This document shows positions 25,614 through 32,000 of a stretch of 32,000 nt of DNA, piece by piece (the stretch's first letter is position 1; every line of letters starts with the position of its first letter). The notes below the pieces were generated by a model. That model saw only the letters and a program-made list of their open reading frames with translations. It was not told where the DNA came from and ran no database searches. The DNA comes from Candidatus Saccharimonadota bacterium. Its GTDB lineage: Bacteria; Patescibacteriota; Saccharimonadia; Saccharimonadales; UBA4665. Where the stretch lies: contig CP064993.1 in assembly GCA_016699955.1 (NCBI GenBank), positions 450,001-482,000 of the forward strand, written 5' to 3'. Position numbers and translations under genes: made by a program.

Positions 25614-26513
25614 ATGAGCAGAATGTGGCAGCGGTTTGGGGATTATCGGGCGCGGAAGCAACAGAGTGGTGCTTTGACGCTTTATCAGGACGTCCAGCAA
25701 TCGCTTCGCAATGAAGTGCCAATTGCTTCGCGGCGGTGGCGTGGGCAGTCAGACGTTCAGTACTTGAAACCACTTATCGAACAAGCAAAAATTGAAGCAA
25801 ACGAAACACAAAACTCAGATGCACTCAGCGGGGCAAAGGCATGGCACTGGTTGCGAGTCCTCGTTCTGCAGGCTCCCCAAGCTGCAATGGCGCAGGGGCA
25901 GATGGACAAACACCAGCACGGCTTCTCGGCGCGCGGGAACCGTTTATTCGAGCTCATAGACTTCAACGACGCATTCGTTTCGACAGTGCTTGCCCTCGAT
26001 GAACCGCTTCTCACGGGTTTTTCAGATGAAGCCAAGAGGCTGATGGACTGGTTTTGTAAGCGAGTAGGGGTGCACGGCTTCTCGGCCGAACAATACGAAG
26101 CTATTGTGCAGGGGCTTGGACGGGAAATCGCCGTGTTTTTAGGGGTGCAAAAGGAAGGTTTCGAAGCGCATATGACCTCTCGTGCTAGTGATGCTCTCGG
26201 CATTGACATGGTTATTACCGATCCGCAGACCAAAAAAGTGGTTAATATCGACTGCAAGGCGCCCTCGGCGTATCGCCACCGTATTTATGATTTATTGCGC
26301 GAAGGGAGGCTGAGCGGGGAGGAAGTTACAGCGGCTGAGGCACTTGGCTATATTGCCGGGCTGAATGGGCGCGGTAGCGACAGGACAGAAGTTGTTTTGT
26401 GGCGAATTGAGCGAGAGAGATACGGAAACATCACTGGTTTCAGCTTTGCAGATCCGAGTGAGCTTGGCCGCACCATTCGCGCTATACTGGATACATATGG
26501 AACAACAAAATAA
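25614..26513 (+). CDS. Hypothetical protein with a C-terminal Mrr-cat-like (PD-(D/E)xK restriction-endonuclease fold) motif set
   Basis: GREIAVFLGVQKEGFEAHMTSRASDALGIDMVITDPQTKKVVNIDCKAP parallels the Mrr-cat pattern (E...GF.......D..GID...[~13]...(D/E/Q)xK). The N-terminal ~165 aa are unrecognised. TAGAAT (25601-06) lies 7 nt before the ATG. Confidence 0.55.
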   Translation: MSRMWQRFGDYRARKQQSGALTLYQDVQQSLRNEVPIASRRWRGQSDVQYLKPLIEQAKIEANETQNSDALSGAKAWHWLRVLVLQAPQAAMAQGQMDKHQHGFSARGNRLFELIDFNDAFVSTVLALDEPLLTGFSDEAKRLMDWFCKRVGVHGFSAEQYEAIVQGLGREIAVFLGVQKEGFEAHMTSRASDALGIDMVITDPQTKKVVNIDCKAPSAYRHRIYDLLREGRLSGEEVTAAEALGYIAGLNGRGSDRTEVVLWRIERERYGNITGFSFADPSELGRTIRAILDTYGTTK

Positions 26514-26772
26514 GTACATTATGAATGAAGAGCTGACGCGGCAATTAATTCGGCAGCTAAAGGTGATCAATTTTTGGATAACTTTATTCGGCACCATGGT
26601 TGTTATTACACTGCTGATTTTAGGATTTCTTGTCTTCAAGATGGTCACATTTGTCCAAAGCACAGAGCAAAAGGTAACTGACCTCCGCAACAAAACAACT
26701 CAAACGCTCAACGTCAAAGACGACTTGTGTAAAAACAGCCTCCTAGGTAGCAGTAGCTACTGCAAAAAATAG
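26497..26772 (+). CDS. Small single-pass membrane protein, translationally overlapping the upstream gene
   Basis: ATG 26497 (or 26521) lies within the last 17 nt of the upstream gene. One TM helix (INFWITLFGTMVVITLLILGFLVF). The C-terminal tail has two Cys. Confidence 0.5.
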   Translation: MEQQNKYIMNEELTRQLIRQLKVINFWITLFGTMVVITLLILGFLVFKMVTFVQSTEQKVTDLRNKTTQTLNVKDDLCKNSLLGSSSYCKK

Positions 26773-26885
26773 ACACACCCCAACACTCCGTTCGCTTTTT
26801 GTACGCGTCAGGGTCCGTCCTTGACGCAGAGATTTGACAAGTAAGTTGTGGCATGGTACCTTGTTATAGAAAGGTAGCTTTAAAC

Positions 26886-27227
26886 ATGTCTGATTTGAAA
26901 ATAGTAGATGACAGTTTTGCCTCGTTGCGAAAAGGGTTGCTTGAGTTTGCTGTACTGAGCGTGATTTCTCGTCATGAAGCCTACGCCGCAGATATTCTCG
27001 AAAGTCTAAGCGATACTGCTTTTGCAACGAGTGAAGGTACCTTGTACCCATTGCTATCGCGCCTAAAACGGGAGCAATGGGTAGCGTATAAGTGGGCAGA
27101 AAGTGAAACCGGACCGCCCAGGAAGTACTACCAATTAACAGCGGCCGGAAGGACACGACTAAACGAGCTGCATGCATATTGGCAAGATTTATACATAAGT
27201 TTAGAGCAACTAGGAGGAAAACGATGA
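26886..27227 (+). CDS. PadR-family transcriptional regulator
   Basis: LRKGLLEFAVLSVIS...AYAADILESL.......SEGTLYPLLSRLKREQWV...ESETGPPRKYYQLTAAG is the PadR winged-helix signature. The alternative start is ATG 26853. Confidence 0.9.
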   Translation: MSDLKIVDDSFASLRKGLLEFAVLSVISRHEAYAADILESLSDTAFATSEGTLYPLLSRLKREQWVAYKWAESETGPPRKYYQLTAAGRTRLNELHAYWQDLYISLEQLGGKR

Positions 27228-28306
27228 AAAAGGTAATTAGTATTAGTTTGGCGGGAAGGTCGTATCAGGTCGAGGAAGAAGGCTATAGCCAGCTAGAGGG
27301 TTATTTAAGCGACGCTGAAAAACGGCTCAAAAACAATCCTGACAAAGAAGACATTATGGCTGATATTGAGCAGTCCATTGCAGACAAATGCGCCGTATCG
27401 CTTACAGCTGGGAAAAATGTAATTGCAGCCGGTGTCGTGGAAAAGGCGCTGGCTCAAGTCGGGACGGTAGAGGGCGGCTCGGAGGATGAGGTTAGAGAGA
27501 GCGAATCCGTTTCCGACAACCCTCGCAAGCTGTACGCTCTTCCAAAGGAAGGAGAAATAGCTGGTGTTTGTGCGGGGCTTGCGGCCTATTTTACGGTTGA
27601 CGTTACAATTATGCGTCTTTTATTTGTGCTTCTCCTTTTCTTGACGCAAGGGTTAATGATTCTTGTGTACTTTGCCATGGCTATTGCAATGCCAGCAGCA
27701 AAAACACCTGAAGCAATCGCAGAGGCGCATGGCAAGCCTGGGACCGCAAAAGAAATAGTCGATAAAGTAAAGCAAGCAGCAACAGATGCAGATTTGGTTA
27801 CAAAAATTGGGACGGTTATTTCTCTGGTTGGAAAATCAGTCGCGCTAGTACTGATGACCGTTTTTGCGGCGGGGTTCGTAGCAGTAACGGTAGTTTGGGT
27901 ATGGCTGCTCTGGGCAATCGGTCTCGGTACGCTACAGTTCTCTGACCAGCTTGCTGTTCTGAATGGATGGAAACAGGTGGTTTTTGCAACGGCGGTGTAT
28001 GTGGTGGTCGCCCTGCCTATTTTTGTCTCTGTGCGAGCCATGCGTAAGGTTGCTAACCGTGAAAAAGAGATACCCGGAATCAATACCAATATTGCGAACA
28101 GTACAATCGTTGTGGGGATTGTGCTCGCAGCGGTCACTGTCTTTGCTTTCACTAGCACCTATGCGCCGCGTGTGCAGGATTACGCAGATACACACGGTGG
28201 CTACCTACAAATAGGGGAGCACAAGGTATGCGCCGATGAAAATAAATGCGGTGACAGCGCGCAGTACTTGAAAGCACACCCCGAGTACAGGGATGAAAAT
28301 CTTTAA
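27224..28306 (+). CDS. PspC-domain membrane protein
   Basis: SD AGGAGG; the ATG overlaps the padR stop (ATGA). LYALPKEGEIAGVCAGLAAYFTVDVTIMRLLFVLLLF is a PspC domain, followed by several TM helices. PadR + PspC-domain pairs are a known arrangement. Confidence 0.85.
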   Translation: MKKVISISLAGRSYQVEEEGYSQLEGYLSDAEKRLKNNPDKEDIMADIEQSIADKCAVSLTAGKNVIAAGVVEKALAQVGTVEGGSEDEVRESESVSDNPRKLYALPKEGEIAGVCAGLAAYFTVDVTIMRLLFVLLLFLTQGLMILVYFAMAIAMPAAKTPEAIAEAHGKPGTAKEIVDKVKQAATDADLVTKIGTVISLVGKSVALVLMTVFAAGFVAVTVVWVWLLWAIGLGTLQFSDQLAVLNGWKQVVFATAVYVVVALPIFVSVRAMRKVANREKEIPGINTNIANSTIVVGIVLAAVTVFAFTSTYAPRVQDYADTHGGYLQIGEHKVCADENKCGDSAQYLKAHPEYRDENL

Positions 28307-28318
28307 ATTACGCAAGTA

Positions 28319-28347
28319 TTGCAAAACTAAACCAATTATGCTATAAT
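28319..28347 (+). promoter_or_regulatory. Near-consensus promoter abutting the start codon of the 28357 gene
   Basis: TTGCAA (28319-24), a 17-nt spacer, then TATAAT (28342-47). Only 9 nt separate it from ATG 28357, and there is no SD. Confidence 0.6.
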
Positions 28348-28356
28348 GCTTGTATT

Positions 28357-28947
28357 ATGGTGAGTGACAGTCCGCGTATTATCAGAATAGTAGTGTTTCT
28401 ACTGGTCATTATTGGGCTTATTTGGCTGATAGTATTTCTTTTTAGCAAGGTTCTAAGTGGAGGTAACCAAACGGCGCCGGTTACAACAACTCAGCTTAGT
28501 TCATATGCTCGGAGTGGCACAAGTGTCGAACTAATGACTGACGGACCAATTGTTGTAAACCAAGAACATAGAAGTATTCGGATAACCGTTGAAGCGGCAC
28601 AGAGCAAGATAGAGCTTATTAGCGGCTACGAAGGGCAAGTCATTCGCCAAGAGGTATTCCCTAATACGCAAGAGGGGTATTTAAGCTTTTTGAAGGGGCT
28701 TGACACTCTAGGCTATACCAAAGGAAATAAAACGGCGCTCAAGGATGAGCGGGGGCAGTGTCCGCTCCAGAGTCGCTACGTATACTCCCTGAAGGACAAT
28801 GGCAGCGATGTCGTTAGATATTGGTCAACATCTTGTGGAACGGGCAACTTTGGTGGCAACCGAATATCAGTGCGAACGCTTTTTCAACGTCAGATACCAC
28901 CTAAAGTCTATAATGAATTTATGCGCGGTTTCTCGGCGCGGTCTTAG
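28357..28947 (+). CDS. Hypothetical membrane-anchored protein
   Basis: 196-aa ORF with an N-terminal TM anchor (IIRIVVFLLVIIGLIWLIVFLF) and a soluble domain with two Cys. No family recognised. Confidence 0.7.
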   Translation: MVSDSPRIIRIVVFLLVIIGLIWLIVFLFSKVLSGGNQTAPVTTTQLSSYARSGTSVELMTDGPIVVNQEHRSIRITVEAAQSKIELISGYEGQVIRQEVFPNTQEGYLSFLKGLDTLGYTKGNKTALKDERGQCPLQSRYVYSLKDNGSDVVRYWSTSCGTGNFGGNRISVRTLFQRQIPPKVYNEFMRGFSARS

Positions 28948-29068
28948 CGGACAGTTTTTTCTACTGGGAAAAACGACTGGTTTGAAATCGGTAAGCCTGG
29001 TCAGGGTAGCTTTCGGTCACTTGTAGCGAGATGTAGTGCTTAGGCATAGCAAGGGTTACAATGTTAGC

Positions 29069-29644
29069 GTGAGTATACGCGCAATTATCTTCGATCTATA
29101 CGGTGTGTTAGGCCTAAATGGCTGGCAAAGCTTTAAGGCGCATCATTTTAGCACAAGGCCTGAAGAGTGGGAACGGCTAAGGGCGCTCGGGCAACGCGTT
29201 GACGCCGGACTTGAAGACCAGGATACATTTGTTGCAGCGGTTGCTCGGGTGACTGGCGAGGAGCCAGCGGCCGTACGCTACCAGTTTGAGCATACAACAC
29301 TAAACTCTGAGCTCCTTGACTACATTAGTGATGTGCTTAAGCCTGACTACAAAATTGGTCTACTGAGCAACGCAAGTTATGATGTGTTTGATAGCCTTTT
29401 TTCTCACGACCAACTAGAATTATTTGATGAAGCCATGAGCTCGTTCCATGTCGGGCTGACAAAGCCGAACCCACGTATGTTCCGCCTCATGTGCGAGCGT
29501 TTGGGTGTTGACCCTACGCAAGCAATTATGATTGACGACCAGCAACGTCACATTGATGCCGCTGGCAAAATGGGGTTAAAAACAGTGCTTTATACCTCTG
29601 TTGAACAGACTAAACGGGACGTAAACAGACTATTGTCATCATGA
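29069..29644 (+). CDS. HAD-family hydrolase (IA-like; motif I is D-L-Y)
   Basis: IIFDLYGVL (motif I), LLSNAS (motif II), KPNPRMF and IDDQQRHIDAAGKMG (motifs III/IV). I prefer GTG 29069 because 28989-29062 resembles the intergenic repeat and TACAAT (29057-62) sits 6 nt upstream. The ORF is open from GTG 29036. Confidence 0.78.
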   Translation: MSIRAIIFDLYGVLGLNGWQSFKAHHFSTRPEEWERLRALGQRVDAGLEDQDTFVAAVARVTGEEPAAVRYQFEHTTLNSELLDYISDVLKPDYKIGLLSNASYDVFDSLFSHDQLELFDEAMSSFHVGLTKPNPRMFRLMCERLGVDPTQAIMIDDQQRHIDAAGKMGLKTVLYTSVEQTKRDVNRLLSS

Positions 29645-30225
29645 TAAAAGCAATTCTTTTTGACTGTTTTGGTGTTGTGTTGACCGATGCACTGCAGCAA
29701 ATACGCGCTGATCTTGAGCGCGTCGACCCTGAGGGCGCAAAAGAGGTCGCCGGGCTTGTCGCGGCAAATAATCGTGGCCTGTTACACCCCGCGGAGTCAA
29801 ATGAACGAATAGCACACATATTGGGGCTGAGTACAGAGGAGTTTCGCGGGCGAGTAGCAGAAGGTGAGGTACGCAACGAGCAACTTTTATCGTATATACT
29901 TAAGCTTCGTAAAACCTATCTCACTGCTATGTTGAGCAATATTGCGGGCAGTAGTCTGCGCCGCCGCTTTCCGGACAATGAACTGAATATATACTTTGAT
30001 AAAATTGTTGCTTCCGGCGATATTGGCTACGCCAAGCCAGAGCCAGAAGCGTACGAGTTTGCTATACAGGCACTTGGCGTACTGCCGAGTGAATGTGTGT
30101 TTATTGACGACCGAGATCATTTTTGTAGTGCAGCGCAAGCTCATGGCATGAAAGCTATAGTGTATACAGATTTTGCTCAATTTAAGCATGAGCTCGAGCA
30201 CATTTTAGCAAATACGAAAGACTAG
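29641..30225 (+). CDS. HAD-family hydrolase, tandem paralog (motif I is D-C-F)
   Basis: ILFDCFGVV, MLSNIA, KPEPEAY and IDDRDHFCSAAQAHG. The ATG overlaps the upstream stop (ATGA). Confidence 0.83.
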   Translation: MIKAILFDCFGVVLTDALQQIRADLERVDPEGAKEVAGLVAANNRGLLHPAESNERIAHILGLSTEEFRGRVAEGEVRNEQLLSYILKLRKTYLTAMLSNIAGSSLRRRFPDNELNIYFDKIVASGDIGYAKPEPEAYEFAIQALGVLPSECVFIDDRDHFCSAAQAHGMKAIVYTDFAQFKHELEHILANTKD

Positions 30226-30441
30226 TTTTTTCTCTGTTGCGGCTGCTTTTTGTAAGGCAGGGGCATTTAGGCGTAGCGTGCCGATAAGGGCGGCACTGCG
30301 AGCCGCAATGAGTAGGGTGCGTGGCTGCACGGTTACCTGGACTTCGTGGTCGTAGTGTCGCCGTACATAGTCTTTGATTGCGCGTACCTCAGGCGGCATA
30401 TCAAAATCTTTTTTACTGAGTATGTCTGCAATTTCATCCAT
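30205..30441 (-). CDS. Small hypothetical protein (78 aa)
   Basis: ATG start with its own predicted promoter. The pattern VQVTVQPRTLLIAARSAALIGTLRLNAPALQKA is loosely reminiscent of DUF721-type proteins (low confidence). Its 3' end overlaps the convergent HAD gene by 21 nt. Confidence 0.5.
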   Translation of the reverse strand: MDEIADILSKKDFDMPPEVRAIKDYVRRHYDHEVQVTVQPRTLLIAARSAALIGTLRLNAPALQKAAATEKKLVFRIC

Positions 30442-30449
30442 GGGGATAT

Positions 30450-30478
30450 AGTATATAGAGTTAAGAGTTAAGAGTTAA
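30450..30478 (-). promoter_or_regulatory. Predicted minus-strand promoter built partly from the heptamer array
   Basis: On the minus strand: TTAACT (30478-30473), a 17-nt spacer, then TATACT (30455-30450), then 8 nt to ATG 30441. This is the same TTAACT-17-TATACT architecture as the orn promoter. Confidence 0.5.
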
Positions 30479-30505
30479 GAGTTAAGAGTTAAGAGTTAAG
30501 GGTTT
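30457..30505. repeat. Heptanucleotide tandem repeat (AGAGTTA)x6 plus one degenerate unit
   Basis: Six perfect AGAGTTA units at 30457-30498, followed by agggttt (30499-30505). The array ends 4 nt before the mutM ATG (30510). Confidence 0.95.
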
Positions 30506-30509
30506 AGGT

Positions 30510-31385
30510 ATGCCAGAGTTACCAGAAGTTGAAACTGTGCGTCGTGGCCTAGAGAAGCTCATTGTTGAGCGGTGCGTAGAAAGCGTAACTTGTATAGATT
30601 CTCCAAAGAGCTTTCCAAACGTACCTAGCGAAGTGAAGCGTTTTCTGGTTGGCGCAAAGGTGATAGCTGTACGTCGGCGAGCAAAAGTGCTGATGATTGA
30701 TCTTTCTTCTGGCTACACGCTGGTGACGCATTTGAAGATGACAGGGCAGCTTGTCTTTGTTGGCGAGCAGCGTTTTGGCGCCGGACACCCAAATGATAGT
30801 CTCGTTGCTCGGCTACCAGACAAAAGTACCAGAGTAGCTTTGGTTTTCCTAGGCGAAAGTCATCTGTATTTTAACGATTTGCGTAAATTTGGCTGGATGA
30901 AGCTTTTACCTACGGCAGAAGTAGCTAACCTTGCATTTATGCAAAAAGTTGGGCCAGAGCCACTGGAAAATTCGTTTACGGGCGATGTTCTATACGAGCG
31001 GCTGCAGCGGCGGAAGAACACCACCATAAAGGCTGCATTACTCGACCAGACTGTTCTGGCGGGTGTCGGGAATATTTATGCAGATGAGTCATTGTGGGCA
31101 GTAAAGTTACATCCGGCAACTCTTGTGAAAAATGTACCTAAAGCATCGGTAAAAAAATTGGCTATAGCAATTAAGGCTGTGATGAATTTGAGTATAGAAA
31201 AGGGCGGCAGCACGGATAAAAACTATGTCAATGCCGAAGGCAAGAAAGGCAGCTACCTTTCATTTGCAAATGTGTTCCGCCGCGAAGGCCAACCGTGTCC
31301 ACGTTGCGGCTCAACTATCAACAAAATTCGTGTCGCCAGCCGTGGTACCCACATTTGCTATTCATGTCAGATTATTGACAAATAA
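30510..31385 (+). CDS. mutM: Formamidopyrimidine-DNA glycosylase (Fpg/MutM)
   Basis: N-terminal MPELPEVETVRRGL (catalytic Pro2/Glu3), H2TH region (LLDQTVLAGVGNIYADE) and C-terminal zinc finger CPRCGSTI...HICYSCQ. Confidence 0.95.
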   Translation: MPELPEVETVRRGLEKLIVERCVESVTCIDSPKSFPNVPSEVKRFLVGAKVIAVRRRAKVLMIDLSSGYTLVTHLKMTGQLVFVGEQRFGAGHPNDSLVARLPDKSTRVALVFLGESHLYFNDLRKFGWMKLLPTAEVANLAFMQKVGPEPLENSFTGDVLYERLQRRKNTTIKAALLDQTVLAGVGNIYADESLWAVKLHPATLVKNVPKASVKKLAIAIKAVMNLSIEKGGSTDKNYVNAEGKKGSYLSFANVFRREGQPCPRCGSTINKIRVASRGTHICYSCQIIDK

Positions 31386-31438
31386 ACATAAGTGTGATAA
31401 CCTTTATCTAGAACTAACCAAAATATAGTATTATCATC

Positions 31439-32000
31439 ATGTCAGAAAATAACACTCCGTTAGCGGTAAAAGGCATTGCAGCTGCAGCTAGTCTAGGTAT
31501 TTTCCTCAGTGGATGTACTGAAGGTTCTTCTGTATCTTCCGATGTAGCTACCTCTAGACCAAGCGATGGACATGTCCTATATGTTGGTGAAGGTTCTGCG
31601 TCTCCTACCGATACCCTCGCAAACCAGCTTGCACAAACACAAGCTATGCGCGCAAAAACAATGGAAAAAGGAGCTGACCTAGCGGCACTTGAGGCTAACA
31701 CGGGCACTTTAGCGGTAGGGGCGGCGGCTCTTAAAAAGACAATCCAGTTTAAGATGGCAGAAAAGACGTTACCGTTTCCGGATCAGTCACGGTATGACAA
31801 AACTATGATAGACAACATCCAATTTCAAAAGGCATCAAATCAAATCACCGACCCTGATATTCGGAAATCATACCAAGAAATCTTCAAAAGCGGTATTGTT
31901 ACGAAAGTTTTAAATGGCGTGAGGTTTGATGATATAGAACAAGACGAAGCTCGTGCATCACTGGATAGTGTGGAGCCCAAATTATCGGAAAAATATTCAA
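31439..32000 (+). CDS. Putative lipoprotein, N-terminal part (3' end outside window)
   Basis: ATG 31439 opens a frame with no stop up to the window edge (187 codons checked by hand). It is not in the ORF track because it is unterminated. Signal peptide with lipobox LGIFLSGC. TATAGT (31424-29) lies 9 nt before the ATG. Confidence 0.7.
   Translation, partial: MSENNTPLAVKGIAAAASLGIFLSGCTEGSSVSSDVATSRPSDGHVLYVGEGSASPTDTLANQLAQTQAMRAKTMEKGADLAALEANTGTLAVGAAALKKTIQFKMAEKTLPFPDQSRYDKTMIDNIQFQKASNQITDPDIRKSYQEIFKSGIVTKVLNGVRFDDIEQDEARASLDSVEPKLSEKYS

Noticed and set aside
26365-26496. Upstream part of the 135-aa ORF, with similar 5' extensions at 14318-14455 and 27179-27223
   Set aside because: These segments overlap the preceding genes in another frame. 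Internal ATGs with better context give sensible membrane-protein N-termini.
24063-26513. Methyltransferase plus Mrr-like nuclease as a restriction-modification system
   Set aside because: The methyltransferase has small-molecule class I motifs and no DNA-methyltransferase catalytic motif. The two genes are separated by a membrane-protein gene and a 288-bp spacer.
30457-30505. Tandem repeat considered as a CRISPR array
   Set aside because: The units are 7 bp and contiguous with no spacers, so this is a simple-sequence repeat.

Overview
Gene-dense 32-kb bacterial window with about 35 protein genes, mostly on the + strand. I found no rRNA, tRNA or CRISPR array. The core is housekeeping: msrB, orn, dnaG-rpoD, an M48 protease, a P-type ATPase, polA, mutM, a PadR/PspC envelope-stress pair and five HAD-family hydrolases. 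Short overlapping gene junctions (ATGA type) are common. The style (compact genes, Pro-rich membrane-anchored hypotheticals, mid-range GC by eye) suggests a small-genome lineage such as Patescibacteria/Saccharibacteria, but that is inference only. The left ~6 kb looks accessory. It holds a frameshifted IS30-family element with recognisable inverted repeats, a secreted CBM-CBM-CE4 polysaccharide deacetylase, a ~0.4-kb miniature IS relic with 26-bp inverted repeats, and an orphan HExxH protein. Signals the gene list does not explain: (1) a dispersed, hairpin-forming intergenic repeat family, with four clear loci plus weaker ones. Its 3' module ends in a -10-like hexamer that twice sits 6 nt before a start codon. 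(2) The rpoD 5' end is split between two frames at an A5G run, with the only good SD/start in the upstream frame. (3) DnaG has lost all four zinc-ribbon ligands. (4) An Mrr-cat-like nuclease-fold gene overlaps a small TM gene, behind a 170-nt rod-like hairpin. (5) Heptanucleotide tandem arrays sit in two promoter regions. (6) A -10 box abuts the start codon of many genes, suggesting leaderless or very short-leader mRNAs. All calls come from motif-level reading of the sequence; no searches were run.
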